This document shows positions 1-10,056 of a DNA stretch of 64,000 bases, piece after piece. Source of the stretch: Patescibacteria group bacterium (GTDB lineage Bacteria; Patescibacteriota; Patescibacteriia; Magasanikbacterales; UBA922); assembly GCA_041651535.1 (NCBI GenBank), contig JBAZIZ010000003.1:83357-147356 (forward strand). Reading direction: 5' to 3'. Under the pieces are notes generated by a model, which searched no databases, was not told where the DNA came from, and saw only the letters and a list, made by a program, of their open reading frames with translations. Within the stretch, counting starts at the first letter, position 1. The number at the start of each line of letters is the position of its first letter. A program made the translations under genes and the position numbers.

Positions 1-271
1 CATTTTTTATATTTTCAAAAACTTTTTTCAGAGCAAAACCTTTGCCACAATTTTTTTGGTAAGACAAAAAATTCCAATTTAAATTATATTTTTTATTTTT
101 TTCCTCATTAAATTTTTCTGGGGTTCCATCAAAACTACCGTCATCACAAAAAATAACTTTTAGATCAAAATCAAAAGTCAATTTAAAATTTTCTAATTCC
201 TGCAAAGTTTCTTCAATATATTTTTTACCATTGAACACTGGAATCGCTAAAATAATTTTTTTCTTATTCAT
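1..271 (-). CDS. Glycosyltransferase family 2, N-terminal part (runs off window start)
   Basis: Not in ORF track. ATG at 271 reads MNKKKIILAIPVFNGKKYIEETL...VIFCDDGSFDGT, with GT2 IPxxN and DDGS motifs. Confidence 0.85.
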   Translation of the reverse strand, partial: MNKKKIILAIPVFNGKKYIEETLQELENFKLTFDFDLKVIFCDDGSFDGTPEKFNEEKNKKYNLNWNFLSYQKNCGKGFALKKVFENIKN

Positions 272-1997
272 AAATAGCAAAAAAATCTGGATAATTTTCT
301 ATCTGATTACCGTCAAAAAATAAAAATAAAATCTTTTTATTTTTATTAGCTTGCAAAAAATCTTCAGAAAATTTTATTTCCATTTTATCATCCGAATAAA
401 GATAAGAAACTGCATATTTGTTTTTTAATGGAGAAACTAATTTAAAATTATAATCAACAGAATAAAAATCTTTATCGGCAATAATATTTTTGCTACCCTT
501 TTCTTCTAAAAAAATAATTCGGTCTTTTTGAATTTTTTCTACCGCAAATTTATTTTTTAGATCAAAAAGCGTTCGAAATTTCACTACTATCATGTCTGGT
601 TTTAAATTTGTTTTTAGTTCCAAAGCTTCTTTAAAATTATTACGAAAAATATAAGCTCCATGATAATTGTCAGGCAAACCTGATAAAACCACTCCATCAT
701 ATTTTTCAGTTAGTAAAATTTTTTCACTGTTTAAAATTATATTTTGACTTATTTTTGTTGCTTTTTGCCAATTTAAATTATTTATAATTAATTCTTTTCC
801 TAAAAAAGCAAAGAATAAAAATAAAACTATCAAAAAATAAAATTGATTTTTTTTAGAAAACTGACTAAAAATCGATAAAACAATGAACAAAAATAAAATT
901 ACAAAGAAAAGCGAAGGCAAATAAAGCCAACGACTACCTTCTTCACTTAAATAATTTAAATTTAAATCAAGTAAAAAACGTGAAATCGCTATTGTGGAGA
1001 ATAAATAAATTAAAAATAAAAACAAATTGATCAAAAAAATTTTTTTATCTTTAAAATAAGAAAAAAATGCGAAAAATAAAAAAACTAACAAAAACAAAAT
1101 TTTATATTGCATTATAAATAAAGTTATTTTGACCCGCCAAATTCCCGTAAAAAACATAGCTGTTAAAAAAGAAATTTGAGAGTTAAATAAAGAAAACAAA
1201 CTAATTGTTTCGGTATTTTCTTCTCGATAATCTGCCAAAAAAAGACCGATTGCTTTAAAACGCCAATAAAAAAACAAAAACAAAACAAAAAAATAAAGCA
1301 TTGTTTTAAAAAGAATTATTAAAATTTTTTTTAAATTTTTATTTTCATCTAAAAGAAAACTGTAAATAAAATATAAAAAAACAATCAGCGGTAAACAAAT
1401 TGCCATTTCTTTTGAAAATAATGATAAAAGGAAAAAAAATAAACTAAAGAAAAAAAATAAAACCTTTTTAACTTTTTCTTTTTCTTCCGCAAAAAATAAA
1501 AATAATAAAGAAAGCAAAAAGAAGAAAGTTGCTAACAAATCACCAATCGCTGCTGTCCAAACTACGGCTTCACTTTTATTTGGCATTATCAAAAATAAAA
1601 TTGCACTTAAAATTGCTAGTAGATTTTTTTGTTTAAAATTTTTAAAAAAATTTATTTTTAAAACTAAAAAATAAAGCAAACCAGCATTTACTATATGCAA
1701 AAATAAACTTGCTAGATGATAAAACAAAGAATTCAAGCCAAAAAAATTATAAAAAGACAACCAAAAAACATTTAGAAGCGGACGAAAAGAACCACCGTCA
1801 TGACTGCCTAAATAATTTGTTCCAAAATAAGTTAAAATATTTTTTTGATTATTTTTTGCCCAATACAAAAAATCCCAATCATCAGAGAGAAAATCATTTT
1901 TCAAATTTAAACCAAAAAAAACAAAAGCTATAAAAAATAAACAAGCAAATGTTAAAAAATGCTTGTTTAAAAAAAATTTTTTTATTTTTTCCAACAT
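264..1997 (-). CDS. Multi-pass membrane protein, probable GT-C fold glycosyltransferase
   Basis: 577 aa with many hydrophobic helices, DD motif after TM1 (SDDW) and FRPL motif; adjacent to a GT2 gene. Confidence 0.6.
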   Translation of the reverse strand: MLEKIKKFFLNKHFLTFACLFFIAFVFFGLNLKNDFLSDDWDFLYWAKNNQKNILTYFGTNYLGSHDGGSFRPLLNVFWLSFYNFFGLNSLFYHLASLFLHIVNAGLLYFLVLKINFFKNFKQKNLLAILSAILFLIMPNKSEAVVWTAAIGDLLATFFFLLSLLFLFFAEEKEKVKKVLFFFFSLFFFLLSLFSKEMAICLPLIVFLYFIYSFLLDENKNLKKILIILFKTMLYFFVLFLFFYWRFKAIGLFLADYREENTETISLFSLFNSQISFLTAMFFTGIWRVKITLFIMQYKILFLLVFLFFAFFSYFKDKKIFLINLFLFLIYLFSTIAISRFLLDLNLNYLSEEGSRWLYLPSLFFVILFLFIVLSIFSQFSKKNQFYFLIVLFLFFAFLGKELIINNLNWQKATKISQNIILNSEKILLTEKYDGVVLSGLPDNYHGAYIFRNNFKEALELKTNLKPDMIVVKFRTLFDLKNKFAVEKIQKDRIIFLEEKGSKNIIADKDFYSVDYNFKLVSPLKNKYAVSYLYSDDKMEIKFSEDFLQANKNKKILFLFFDGNQIENYPDFFAIYE

Positions 1998-2020
1998 AAA
2001 AAAAGACGAAACGGAAAAAA

Positions 2021-3775
2021 TTATTTTTTACCCGTCAATTTTATAGCTAATTCTTTCAATTGTGCTTCACTAACTTCAGCTGGACTACCTACCATTGGTT
2101 CTTCAGCTTTCTGATTTTTTGGGAAGGCAACTACACGACGAATATTATTTTCTGAAGTCAAAAGCATAGTTAATCTTTCAATTCCTGGAGCAAAACCACA
2201 ATGTGGTGGTGCACCGTATTCAAAAGCTTCAATCATGTGATGGAATTTTTTATCCACATCTGCTTTTTTATAACCAGCAATTTCAAAAGCTTTGTACATT
2301 ATTTTTGGATCTTTATTTCGAACTGCACCAGACGATAATTCCAAACCATTTGCAATAATATCATATTGATCACCTAAAATTTCTAATGGATCTTTATTTT
2401 CTAGACTTTCTAAACCGCCAACTGGCATAGAAAAAGGATTGTGACCAAAATCTATTTTGCCTGTTTCTTTATCTTTTTCAAACATTGGAAAATCTACTAT
2501 CCAAGCCCAAGCAATCAGATTATTATCTTTTAAATTTAATTTATCTCCAACTAAACTGCGAACTGATCCCAAAGACAAAGCAGAAATATTATAAGTATCA
2601 GCAGCAAAAAATAAAATTCCATTTTTTAAATTTAATATTTTTTTCAATTCAACTAATTCTGCTTCAGTAAAAAATTTACTAATTCCACCGTCAAATTTAT
2701 CAGCAATAATTTTCATCCAAGCTAAACCTTTTGCTCCATTTTTTTTAGCGACTACAGTAAATTCTTCATCAATCTCTTTGCGAGTAAAATTTTCACCATC
2801 AGGTACAAACAAAACTCTTACATATTCGGCCTCATTAAAAACTTTAAAAGAAGTTTTTTTTGCCCATTCACTTATATCTTTTATTTCTAAATCAAAACGC
2901 AAATCTGGACGATCACTGCCATATTTTTCTATTGCTTCTTTGTAAGGAATTCGTGGAAAAGGTTTACGCCAAACTTTTTTATTTGCTAATTTTTCTGTCA
3001 ATTCAATAAATAAAGGTTCCATGAGATTAAAAAATTCTTCTTTTTCCAAAAAACTTGTTTCACAATCAAGTTGATAAAATTCTCCTGGTGATCTGTCAGC
3101 TCGTGGATCTTCATCACGCATACAAGGAGCAATTTGATAATAACGATCAAAACCTGCTACCATGAGTAATTGTTTGTATTGTTGTGGAGCTTGTGGCAAA
3201 GCGTAAAATTTACCCGGATGTAAACGACTTGGAATCAAAAAATCTCTAGCTCCTTCTGGTGAAGAAACAGTCAAAATCGGAGTAGCAATATCAATAAAAT
3301 TTCGGTCTTCCATGTATTTTCTAATATATTTGACCATTTCTGCTCGAAATAAAATATTTTCTTTTAATTTTTCACGACGAAGTTCTAAATAACGATATTT
3401 TAAACGTAATTCTTCATCTTCTTCTTGTTTAAAAGCATCAAAAATTTCAAATGGCAAAGTTTTTGCTTCACTTAAAATTTCAATTTCATTAACTAAAATT
3501 TCAATTTCTCCAGTTTTCATTTCTAAATTGGCTTTTTCTCTTATTTTTACTTGGCCTTCAATTTTAATTACAAATTCATATTTTATTTTTTCTGCTAAAT
3601 TGTAATTTTTACATTTTTCTGGATCAAAAACAGCCTGCGTCAAACCATATCGATCACGCAAATCAACAAAAATCAGACCTCCCATTTTTCGATGTTTATG
3701 AACCCAACCGGATAAAATAACCTTTTCACCCTCGTTTTTTTTGCTAAGTTCACCACAATTATGTGTTCTATACAT
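2021..3775 (-). CDS. aspS: Aspartate--tRNA ligase
   Basis: MYRTHNCGEL start, PEGARDF, YALPQAPQQYKQLLM, RDED.RADR, GAPPH.GFAPG motifs. Confidence 0.98.
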   Translation of the reverse strand: MYRTHNCGELSKKNEGEKVILSGWVHKHRKMGGLIFVDLRDRYGLTQAVFDPEKCKNYNLAEKIKYEFVIKIEGQVKIREKANLEMKTGEIEILVNEIEILSEAKTLPFEIFDAFKQEEDEELRLKYRYLELRREKLKENILFRAEMVKYIRKYMEDRNFIDIATPILTVSSPEGARDFLIPSRLHPGKFYALPQAPQQYKQLLMVAGFDRYYQIAPCMRDEDPRADRSPGEFYQLDCETSFLEKEEFFNLMEPLFIELTEKLANKKVWRKPFPRIPYKEAIEKYGSDRPDLRFDLEIKDISEWAKKTSFKVFNEAEYVRVLFVPDGENFTRKEIDEEFTVVAKKNGAKGLAWMKIIADKFDGGISKFFTEAELVELKKILNLKNGILFFAADTYNISALSLGSVRSLVGDKLNLKDNNLIAWAWIVDFPMFEKDKETGKIDFGHNPFSMPVGGLESLENKDPLEILGDQYDIIANGLELSSGAVRNKDPKIMYKAFEIAGYKKADVDKKFHHMIEAFEYGAPPHCGFAPGIERLTMLLTSENNIRRVVAFPKNQKAEEPMVGSPAEVSEAQLKELAIKLTGKK

Positions 3776-3878
3776 ATTTTTTCTTAATTTTTATACCCTT
3801 ATTGTAGCAAAACAAACAGCTTTTAGCAAGGAGGTAAACAATTGCTCTGCCGAAGTTTTTTTTATATAATTATTAAAT

Positions 3879-4820
3879 ATGATTGATTATAAAAAAATCC
3901 TAAAAAACTGGAATATAAATTTTTTTGAGATAAATAAAAATATTTCTTTTTATGGTAGTCCAGAAAGATCTGACCAAAGAATAGCTTTAACTGCTGATGA
4001 AAATAATATTTATGTTTTGGAAAAAATAAATGAAAAAATAAAATTTAAAAAAGAAAATATAGCGCAAAAAATTTTTGAACTTAAAAAAACTAATTCTGAT
4101 TTAAAAATAAATCCTTATTTATTAAATAAAAACAATAATTTTATCACTGAATTTGAAGATAATTTTTGGCTTTTGTCTGTTTTTATAGAAAATGAAAAAT
4201 TAGACAGAGAAAAATATTTAGATGAATCTTGGCGAGGAAAATTAATGGCAAATTTTATTATCAAATTAAATAAAACCAGTAAAATTTTTAAATTAAAAAA
4301 CGAAGAAGTTTTTTCTCTACCAAAATATATAAATAAAATTAAAAAAGACATGGTAATTTTTCATCCACAAGAAAAAGAACAACTAAAAAATGTATTTATA
4401 TATTTAGAAAAAAATTTTTTTCCAATTTATGATAATTTAAAAACTAATTTTTGTCATGGTGATTTTCATCCTATAAATATTTTATGGGGAGGAAATGAAA
4501 TAAAATCTGTAATTGATTGGGAGTTTTGTGGTTTTAAACCTGAAATGTATGATGTTGCTAATATGATAGGCTGCCTTGGTATGGAAGATCCGCAAACACT
4601 AAAAAAAGATATCATAAAATTATTTTTAGAAAAAATAAAGAATGAAAATATTTTTCAAGAATTAAGTTGGTATTATCTTTTTGATTTAATCTTAGCAATT
4701 AGGTTTTCCTGGTTGGCTGAATGGCTGAGAAAAAATGATAAAGAAATGATTGAACTAGAAATAATTTATATTAATTTACTTTTAGATAATAAAAATTATC
4801 TAGAAAAATTTTGGGGATAA
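3879..4820 (+). CDS. APH/choline-kinase-like phosphotransferase (homoserine kinase type II-like)
   Basis: Brenner motif HGDFHPIN and IDWE metal-binding motif. Confidence 0.8.
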   Translation: MIDYKKILKNWNINFFEINKNISFYGSPERSDQRIALTADENNIYVLEKINEKIKFKKENIAQKIFELKKTNSDLKINPYLLNKNNNFITEFEDNFWLLSVFIENEKLDREKYLDESWRGKLMANFIIKLNKTSKIFKLKNEEVFSLPKYINKIKKDMVIFHPQEKEQLKNVFIYLEKNFFPIYDNLKTNFCHGDFHPINILWGGNEIKSVIDWEFCGFKPEMYDVANMIGCLGMEDPQTLKKDIIKLFLEKIKNENIFQELSWYYLFDLILAIRFSWLAEWLRKNDKEMIELEIIYINLLLDNKNYLEKFWG

Positions 4821-4833
4821 AAAAATTAGAAAA

Positions 4834-4892
4834 AAATCTAAAATCCTAAATTAGAAATCTAACCTGCCTACCGGCAGGCAGGAATTAAAAAA
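4834..4892. repeat. 7-bp array plus GC-rich 20-bp imperfect palindrome CCTGCCTACCGGCAGGCAGG (copy 1)
   Basis: AAATCTA AAATCCT AAATTAG AAATCTA, then palindrome at 4863-4882; identical 20-mer at 17390-17409. Confidence 0.85.
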
Positions 4893-4935
4893 CAACCATA
4901 TTTCAGATTGTTTTTGAATCTTTAATTTTTACTTT

Positions 4936-6819
4936 TTACAATTTGATTTCTTCTCCAAAAAATTTAATTGTTTCTCCTGCTTTTTCATCATCAGCACTAA
5001 TAGTAACTTTTGACATTAAATCTTCCTGGCTAGGATTTTTTTCTAAAAGTTCAATTTCAAATTGAGCAATTACTGCATCTGGTATATTTGTTGGCAAACT
5101 ATCAATTTGCCATTTTATTTTATTTTCTTTTTCATTATATTCAACTTTACCTGAAGAATTAACAATTTTACTAACATCAACCTTTGTTTTGCCATAAATA
5201 TCAGCAACTAAAACTACGTTTTTCAAATCATGAAAAGAGTTTGATAGTAGCCAAGTTACTTTATAAACAGTATTGCCAACTGAATTTTTTCCTTCTTCGC
5301 TCATAATATCAGCCAACAAATCAGATACAACTTTTAAATTAATCTTGTTACCTGTTTTAATTTCTTTTTTGCCATCTTTTTGATATTCAAGTTCAGCGAC
5401 AGCCATAATATTTGAATCAACAAAATCAGACAAAGTTATACTGCTATTATCTTTTAAAGAAATAGAAAAGTCTAAATAAACTTCTTGTCCTGGCATAATT
5501 TTTGCTAAAGAATCTACATAATTTTTATTCCAAGAAATTATTCCTCGACGTGAAGTGGCTGATAATTGTTCACCACTTACATCAGCATCATAAGGTTCTA
5601 CATTTAATTTTGTCCAATCTAATAAACTTTTATTATTTACCGATGGTGTATCAAAAAGCATATTAATTTTTACATCTTCCAAAACTGATTCACCTGAATT
5701 TTTTACTACAATTGTTGAATTTATAGTTTGTCCTGGTTTGATAGTAGTTTCACTCATTACTCCATTGATAGCTAAATTAAAAACAAAATCACTTTTAATA
5801 ATTTTTAAAACTTCTTCTTTTTCAAAAATCAGATATTCACTTTGTTTTTCTTTATCGATTTGATAAATTTTCAAATTAAAATTATTTTCCGAATTAACTT
5901 CATCAGCAAAATCTACAGTAAAAGTTAGAGTTTCTTCTTTTTCTAAATTTTCTATTAACCATTCACAAGAATTATTTATCGACTCCTTGTTAGAAGATTT
6001 AAAAATCATGTTTTCCGATTCACAGACTATTTTTAAATTAGTAATCTTATTTTCTTGTGGTGAAATCGTTAAATTAAATTCACTATCAGCATTTTTATAA
6101 ATATTTTCTGGAATCTTCAAATCAACATCAATCGGACTTTCTTCAGCATTGATTACGATATGAGCAACTTTTTGAAATTCAGAATTAAAATTTTCTGGCA
6201 CATAATTTAAAAAAGCTCTAATTGATTGTTCAGAATCAAGATTGCCATAAATTTGTCCTTCAATATCAAGATAACCTGAATCGTGGGCTTTTATGTTATC
6301 CAATTTCCAAATTGTATGATTTTCATCAACTGCAGTTAGCGTACTACTGACAAAAACAAAACCTTTTGGATATTTTACTTCTATCTCAGCTTCTTTTAAT
6401 TCTATGTTTTGTGAATTTTTATAATTTATTCGATAAGAAAAAGTTTCACCAATTTTTATTTTTTCCGGTCCGCTAATACTAAAATTTAAATCGTCTTCAG
6501 AAAAATCATCTCCTGAATCTAAAGAAAAAAATCCAAACCAAGCTATTGCTAAGAAAAAAGCTAACGAAAACAAAAAGACAAAAAAAGATCTGAGAAAACC
6601 AGTTTTCTCTTTTTTTTGTAGTTTTTTCATATCAAAAGTTTTATTACCGGCATCGCCATAAATTTCAAATAAGTCATCTTCAATTTTTTTTCTGATAACT
6701 TTTTTTGAATTTACAACCGCCTCTTTTTTTATTAAGCTGTATTTTTTATTTTTTTTTTCACTTTCAATATTTTTTTCTTCATCCAGAGGTTTTTTAACAA
6801 AATTGTGTTCTTCTGTCAT
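4936..6819 (-). CDS. Membrane-anchored protein with repeated beta-rich (Ig/DUF11-like) extracellular domains
   Basis: One TM helix near aa 78-98, then repeated G(E/Q)T..Y.I..KN-type segments; no confident family. Confidence 0.55.
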   Translation of the reverse strand: MTEEHNFVKKPLDEEKNIESEKKNKKYSLIKKEAVVNSKKVIRKKIEDDLFEIYGDAGNKTFDMKKLQKKEKTGFLRSFFVFLFSLAFFLAIAWFGFFSLDSGDDFSEDDLNFSISGPEKIKIGETFSYRINYKNSQNIELKEAEIEVKYPKGFVFVSSTLTAVDENHTIWKLDNIKAHDSGYLDIEGQIYGNLDSEQSIRAFLNYVPENFNSEFQKVAHIVINAEESPIDVDLKIPENIYKNADSEFNLTISPQENKITNLKIVCESENMIFKSSNKESINNSCEWLIENLEKEETLTFTVDFADEVNSENNFNLKIYQIDKEKQSEYLIFEKEEVLKIIKSDFVFNLAINGVMSETTIKPGQTINSTIVVKNSGESVLEDVKINMLFDTPSVNNKSLLDWTKLNVEPYDADVSGEQLSATSRRGIISWNKNYVDSLAKIMPGQEVYLDFSISLKDNSSITLSDFVDSNIMAVAELEYQKDGKKEIKTGNKINLKVVSDLLADIMSEEGKNSVGNTVYKVTWLLSNSFHDLKNVVLVADIYGKTKVDVSKIVNSSGKVEYNEKENKIKWQIDSLPTNIPDAVIAQFEIELLEKNPSQEDLMSKVTISADDEKAGETIKFFGEEIKL

Positions 6820-6833
6820 AATTTTTTATAAAA

Positions 6834-9449
6834 TTAATTTTTATTTTGCATAACAATTCCGTAAAATCCATCCGTTTTTAAAACTGTTTCCATTTTTGCT
6901 CCATTTTGTGAAATAAAACAATTTTCATCACTTGACCAAACAGGTGACCAAGAATCAGGATAAATAACAGTATTTGATAAAAATGAATTTATACCTGATT
7001 GTTTTTGAAAAATTATATTATATTTAGAAACTTTGCCATCACCCAAAAAATTAGCTAATTTTTCATCTATTTTGTAAGCATCATCAAAAACAGTAAATGG
7101 CAATTTATAAATAAAATAAATTTTCTTTTCTTCTCCCGGAGCAGTAATAATCCAATTAGCAAAGACAGTTTTTCCATATTCATTAGTAATTACCGTACCA
7201 TTGTTTTCATCTATTTTCTTGTTTGTCTCAATTGCTAATAAATCTTCGTCATTTTTGTACCAGTCTGGTGCTATTTGAAAAGTTTCTTCATCCGGATAAA
7301 TAAAACCACCTGCTTCTAAAAGTTCACTGCCTTCAGGTACATAAAGTTTTAAATAATCAACATTTGTGTCACCAAATAAATATTCTTCTGCTTGACCGTT
7401 ATGTTTGCGAGTAATTACGACAGTATCTATTACTGAACCGTCTTCTTGTACTAAAGCTTGGTGTTCTATAGTTTGTTCAATATTAAAATCACTTTTTCCA
7501 CCACCAACATTATTATTTGTCACTAATAAATAATCTTGTTTTTCACCAACATTTTTTACTTCCCCAGTCCAATTATAGGAAGAAAATAAATTTTGTAAAT
7601 CATTATCTTTAAAATAAAATTGTATTTCTTTTTCTGTTAAAGCTTCATGAATATTAAAAATCAAATTAAACATTTGTCTAGCTTCAATTTTATTCAAAGA
7701 AGAAAACATTTGATTAAATACTTCTGACAAAACTGCTTTTGGCTTATTTTCTATACCTTCATAATTTTCTATCTCGTATTGTAAATCTTTTAAAGCATTA
7801 TTTGAATCTAAAATTAAATCAAATTCTTTATTTTCAACTGGTCCTAAAACTTTTAAAACTCTTTCCAAAACACTGGCATTGATCGCAATCACTCCATCGA
7901 CAGTTGAATTGCGAGAATTTTTATAAAACCATTCCATTTTTTTTGCAGTATCTGGAAAATTTACAAACCAATTACCATCTTGAAATTCCCATCTTTGATT
8001 TACAGTTTGGAGAGCTAAAGGTGGCAAAACATATTCTTTTAATTGTCCTTGGAGATCATAACTGCCACCACCTGGGATATCAATATTTAAAATTTTTCCA
8101 TTTTGTAAATCAACCACAGCATAAGAACCTACAAAACCGCCACTAGCTCTAATTTCATTTTGATTTTGAAAAAGAATTAAATAACGGCGGAAACCATTAG
8201 AACCCAAAGCTGTACTAAGCGCACTTGAAGCTTTTGACATACTAGCAATATCTTTTACAAAAGCTTCATAAATATTTTTAAAATCAAAAAAAGTTTCTTG
8301 ATATTCAACTGGAATATTTGTTGTATCTATATCTGAAATTTTTTTCCAAGCTTCTTCATAAATAGGTTCAGCAAAATTAATATGATTTTTAGCAATTTCA
8401 ATTTTTTCTAGCAAAGTTAAATTTGGATTTGCTTGTATATCATTTATAGCTTTTACTAAATAAGCATTTCCCAAAGCTATTTTATGTCCAGCTTCTAATA
8501 AATTTTGTCTAGTTTTTATTTTTTGTCCGACAACTGGAATTAATTTTGCTACATAAAGCAAAGAATTGTATTCATTATCAATAATTTCTTCAGCGCCACC
8601 AAAATATTTTAAAGCTTCAGCTAAATCATATTTAGCTTGGTCAACATTAGAATTTAAAACAGCGACAGTGGAAGATTGTAATGATAAAAAAGCATCGACA
8701 CTTTTGTCAGTCACTCGTGAAGTATCATATTCAACTTTTTTATAAAAACTAAAAGAAGGGTAAGGGATCGCCACTAAAACAAACAAACAAATAGAAGCCA
8801 AAGCTGTTTTTTTCCAATTCCATAAAAAATCAAAAGAAAAATTTAATTTTATTTTTTTTGGTTTAAATAAATTTTCTATAAAGTCAAAAGAAAAATCAAA
8901 GTTTGGTTTTTTAATAAAAAATTTTTTTTGTTTTTTTAAAACTGGTCGAGGAATAGTTTGGTATTTATTTTCTATTTTTGCTATTTCCGCTAAAATATCA
9001 ACTTTGATTTTTGGTTCTTTTTTGATATTGTTTTTTTGTTTTTCGATTATTTTGCTATCAATATTTTTTTGTGTTCCAATTTTGTGTTGTTTTATCAGAT
9101 CAGAGAAAACAAGTGTTTTTAAAATTGGTTTTTTTACAACTTCTTCACGATAAGGAATTATATTTCCCAAAATATTTTTTTTATCTTTTTTGTTTAAATT
9201 TACTATATATGGTGAAACTTCGGTAATATTTTTATCAGCACTTATCTTAACATTAATAAATTTTGCATTGTCTTTATTTAAAATTTTTGTTTCCTTAGTA
9301 TTTTTTTTAAAAAGAATCTCTGTTTTTTCTTTTTTTGCTTCAATATTTTTTTTTTCGGAAAAATGCAAAGGACAGGTTCTAGTATTATGACCTGTTTTAC
9401 CACAAATCGCACAACGGCGAGGATTTTTTAACAATATTTTCTTTTTCAC
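6834..9449 (-). CDS. DUF4012 domain membrane protein with N-terminal CCHC zinc knuckle
   Basis: GTG start; YLILFQNQNEIRASGGFVGSY, WEFQDGNW...FP, DGVIAIN, GGKSD motifs typical of DUF4012; CAICGKTGHNTRTC at aa 13-26. Confidence 0.8.
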   Translation of the reverse strand: MKKKILLKNPRRCAICGKTGHNTRTCPLHFSEKKNIEAKKEKTEILFKKNTKETKILNKDNAKFINVKISADKNITEVSPYIVNLNKKDKKNILGNIIPYREEVVKKPILKTLVFSDLIKQHKIGTQKNIDSKIIEKQKNNIKKEPKIKVDILAEIAKIENKYQTIPRPVLKKQKKFFIKKPNFDFSFDFIENLFKPKKIKLNFSFDFLWNWKKTALASICLFVLVAIPYPSFSFYKKVEYDTSRVTDKSVDAFLSLQSSTVAVLNSNVDQAKYDLAEALKYFGGAEEIIDNEYNSLLYVAKLIPVVGQKIKTRQNLLEAGHKIALGNAYLVKAINDIQANPNLTLLEKIEIAKNHINFAEPIYEEAWKKISDIDTTNIPVEYQETFFDFKNIYEAFVKDIASMSKASSALSTALGSNGFRRYLILFQNQNEIRASGGFVGSYAVVDLQNGKILNIDIPGGGSYDLQGQLKEYVLPPLALQTVNQRWEFQDGNWFVNFPDTAKKMEWFYKNSRNSTVDGVIAINASVLERVLKVLGPVENKEFDLILDSNNALKDLQYEIENYEGIENKPKAVLSEVFNQMFSSLNKIEARQMFNLIFNIHEALTEKEIQFYFKDNDLQNLFSSYNWTGEVKNVGEKQDYLLVTNNNVGGGKSDFNIEQTIEHQALVQEDGSVIDTVVITRKHNGQAEEYLFGDTNVDYLKLYVPEGSELLEAGGFIYPDEETFQIAPDWYKNDEDLLAIETNKKIDENNGTVITNEYGKTVFANWIITAPGEEKKIYFIYKLPFTVFDDAYKIDEKLANFLGDGKVSKYNIIFQKQSGINSFLSNTVIYPDSWSPVWSSDENCFISQNGAKMETVLKTDGFYGIVMQNKN

Positions 9450-9643
9450 AAAAAAATTTTATATCTAAATTATAGCATAAATTAAGTTTAAAAAAAATGT
9501 TTTTTTAGCTAAAAAAATTAAAATGGGGATAATTTTAAAACAAAGATTAAAAATGACTTGACTTTTTTCAAAAAAACAGTTATTATATGCTCCGCATGGC
9601 AATGGTGTTATGCAAAAAATGTTCTTTATAAAAGGGGGAAAAG

Positions 9644-9994
9644 ATGAATGAACTGGTATTTTTTTCTAATGTCTCTAAACCTACTAAAACGATTCCGGCA
9701 GAAATAGTTGCCAAAATTGTTGAAGTAGACTCTGAAGCCATTTTTTTTGTAGATGACTTCCATGCGGGTTTTGCCCGTGTCATTTATAAAAAAGATGAAA
9801 CTGTTGGATATTCTTTCATAAGTGAAAGAACAAGACAGTTGGCTTTCAATGGAATGTTTTGCAAATTTGCAAACCATTTTGACAAAAACATGGAGACTGC
9901 AGAAGTGGTTTTCTTTGATGGTTCAGAAGGAACCATCAATGTCTATGGAAAAATAGACATTACAAAAAGAAAAAAAAGAAGAAAAATTATTTAA
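9644..9994 (+). CDS. Hypothetical protein, 116 aa
   Basis: SD-like AAGGGGG upstream, TTGACT..TATTAT promoter-like element, terminator at 10017-10044. Confidence 0.65.
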   Translation: MNELVFFSNVSKPTKTIPAEIVAKIVEVDSEAIFFVDDFHAGFARVIYKKDETVGYSFISERTRQLAFNGMFCKFANHFDKNMETAEVVFFDGSEGTINVYGKIDITKRKKRRKII

Positions 9995-10016
9995 AATATT
10001 TTTCTTGACCGTTTAC

Positions 10017-10044
10017 AGACGTCCGGAGGTGGCGTCTTTTTTTT
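10017..10044 (+). terminator. Rho-independent terminator
   Basis: AGACGTC/GGCGTCT stem followed by T-run. Confidence 0.6.
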
Positions 10045-10056
10045 ATACAAAAATTT

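Noticed and set aside
2021-3775. Calling AspRS non-discriminating because gatCAB is present
   Set aside because: The diagnostic His position reads Met (RKMGG); specificity cannot be decided from this window.
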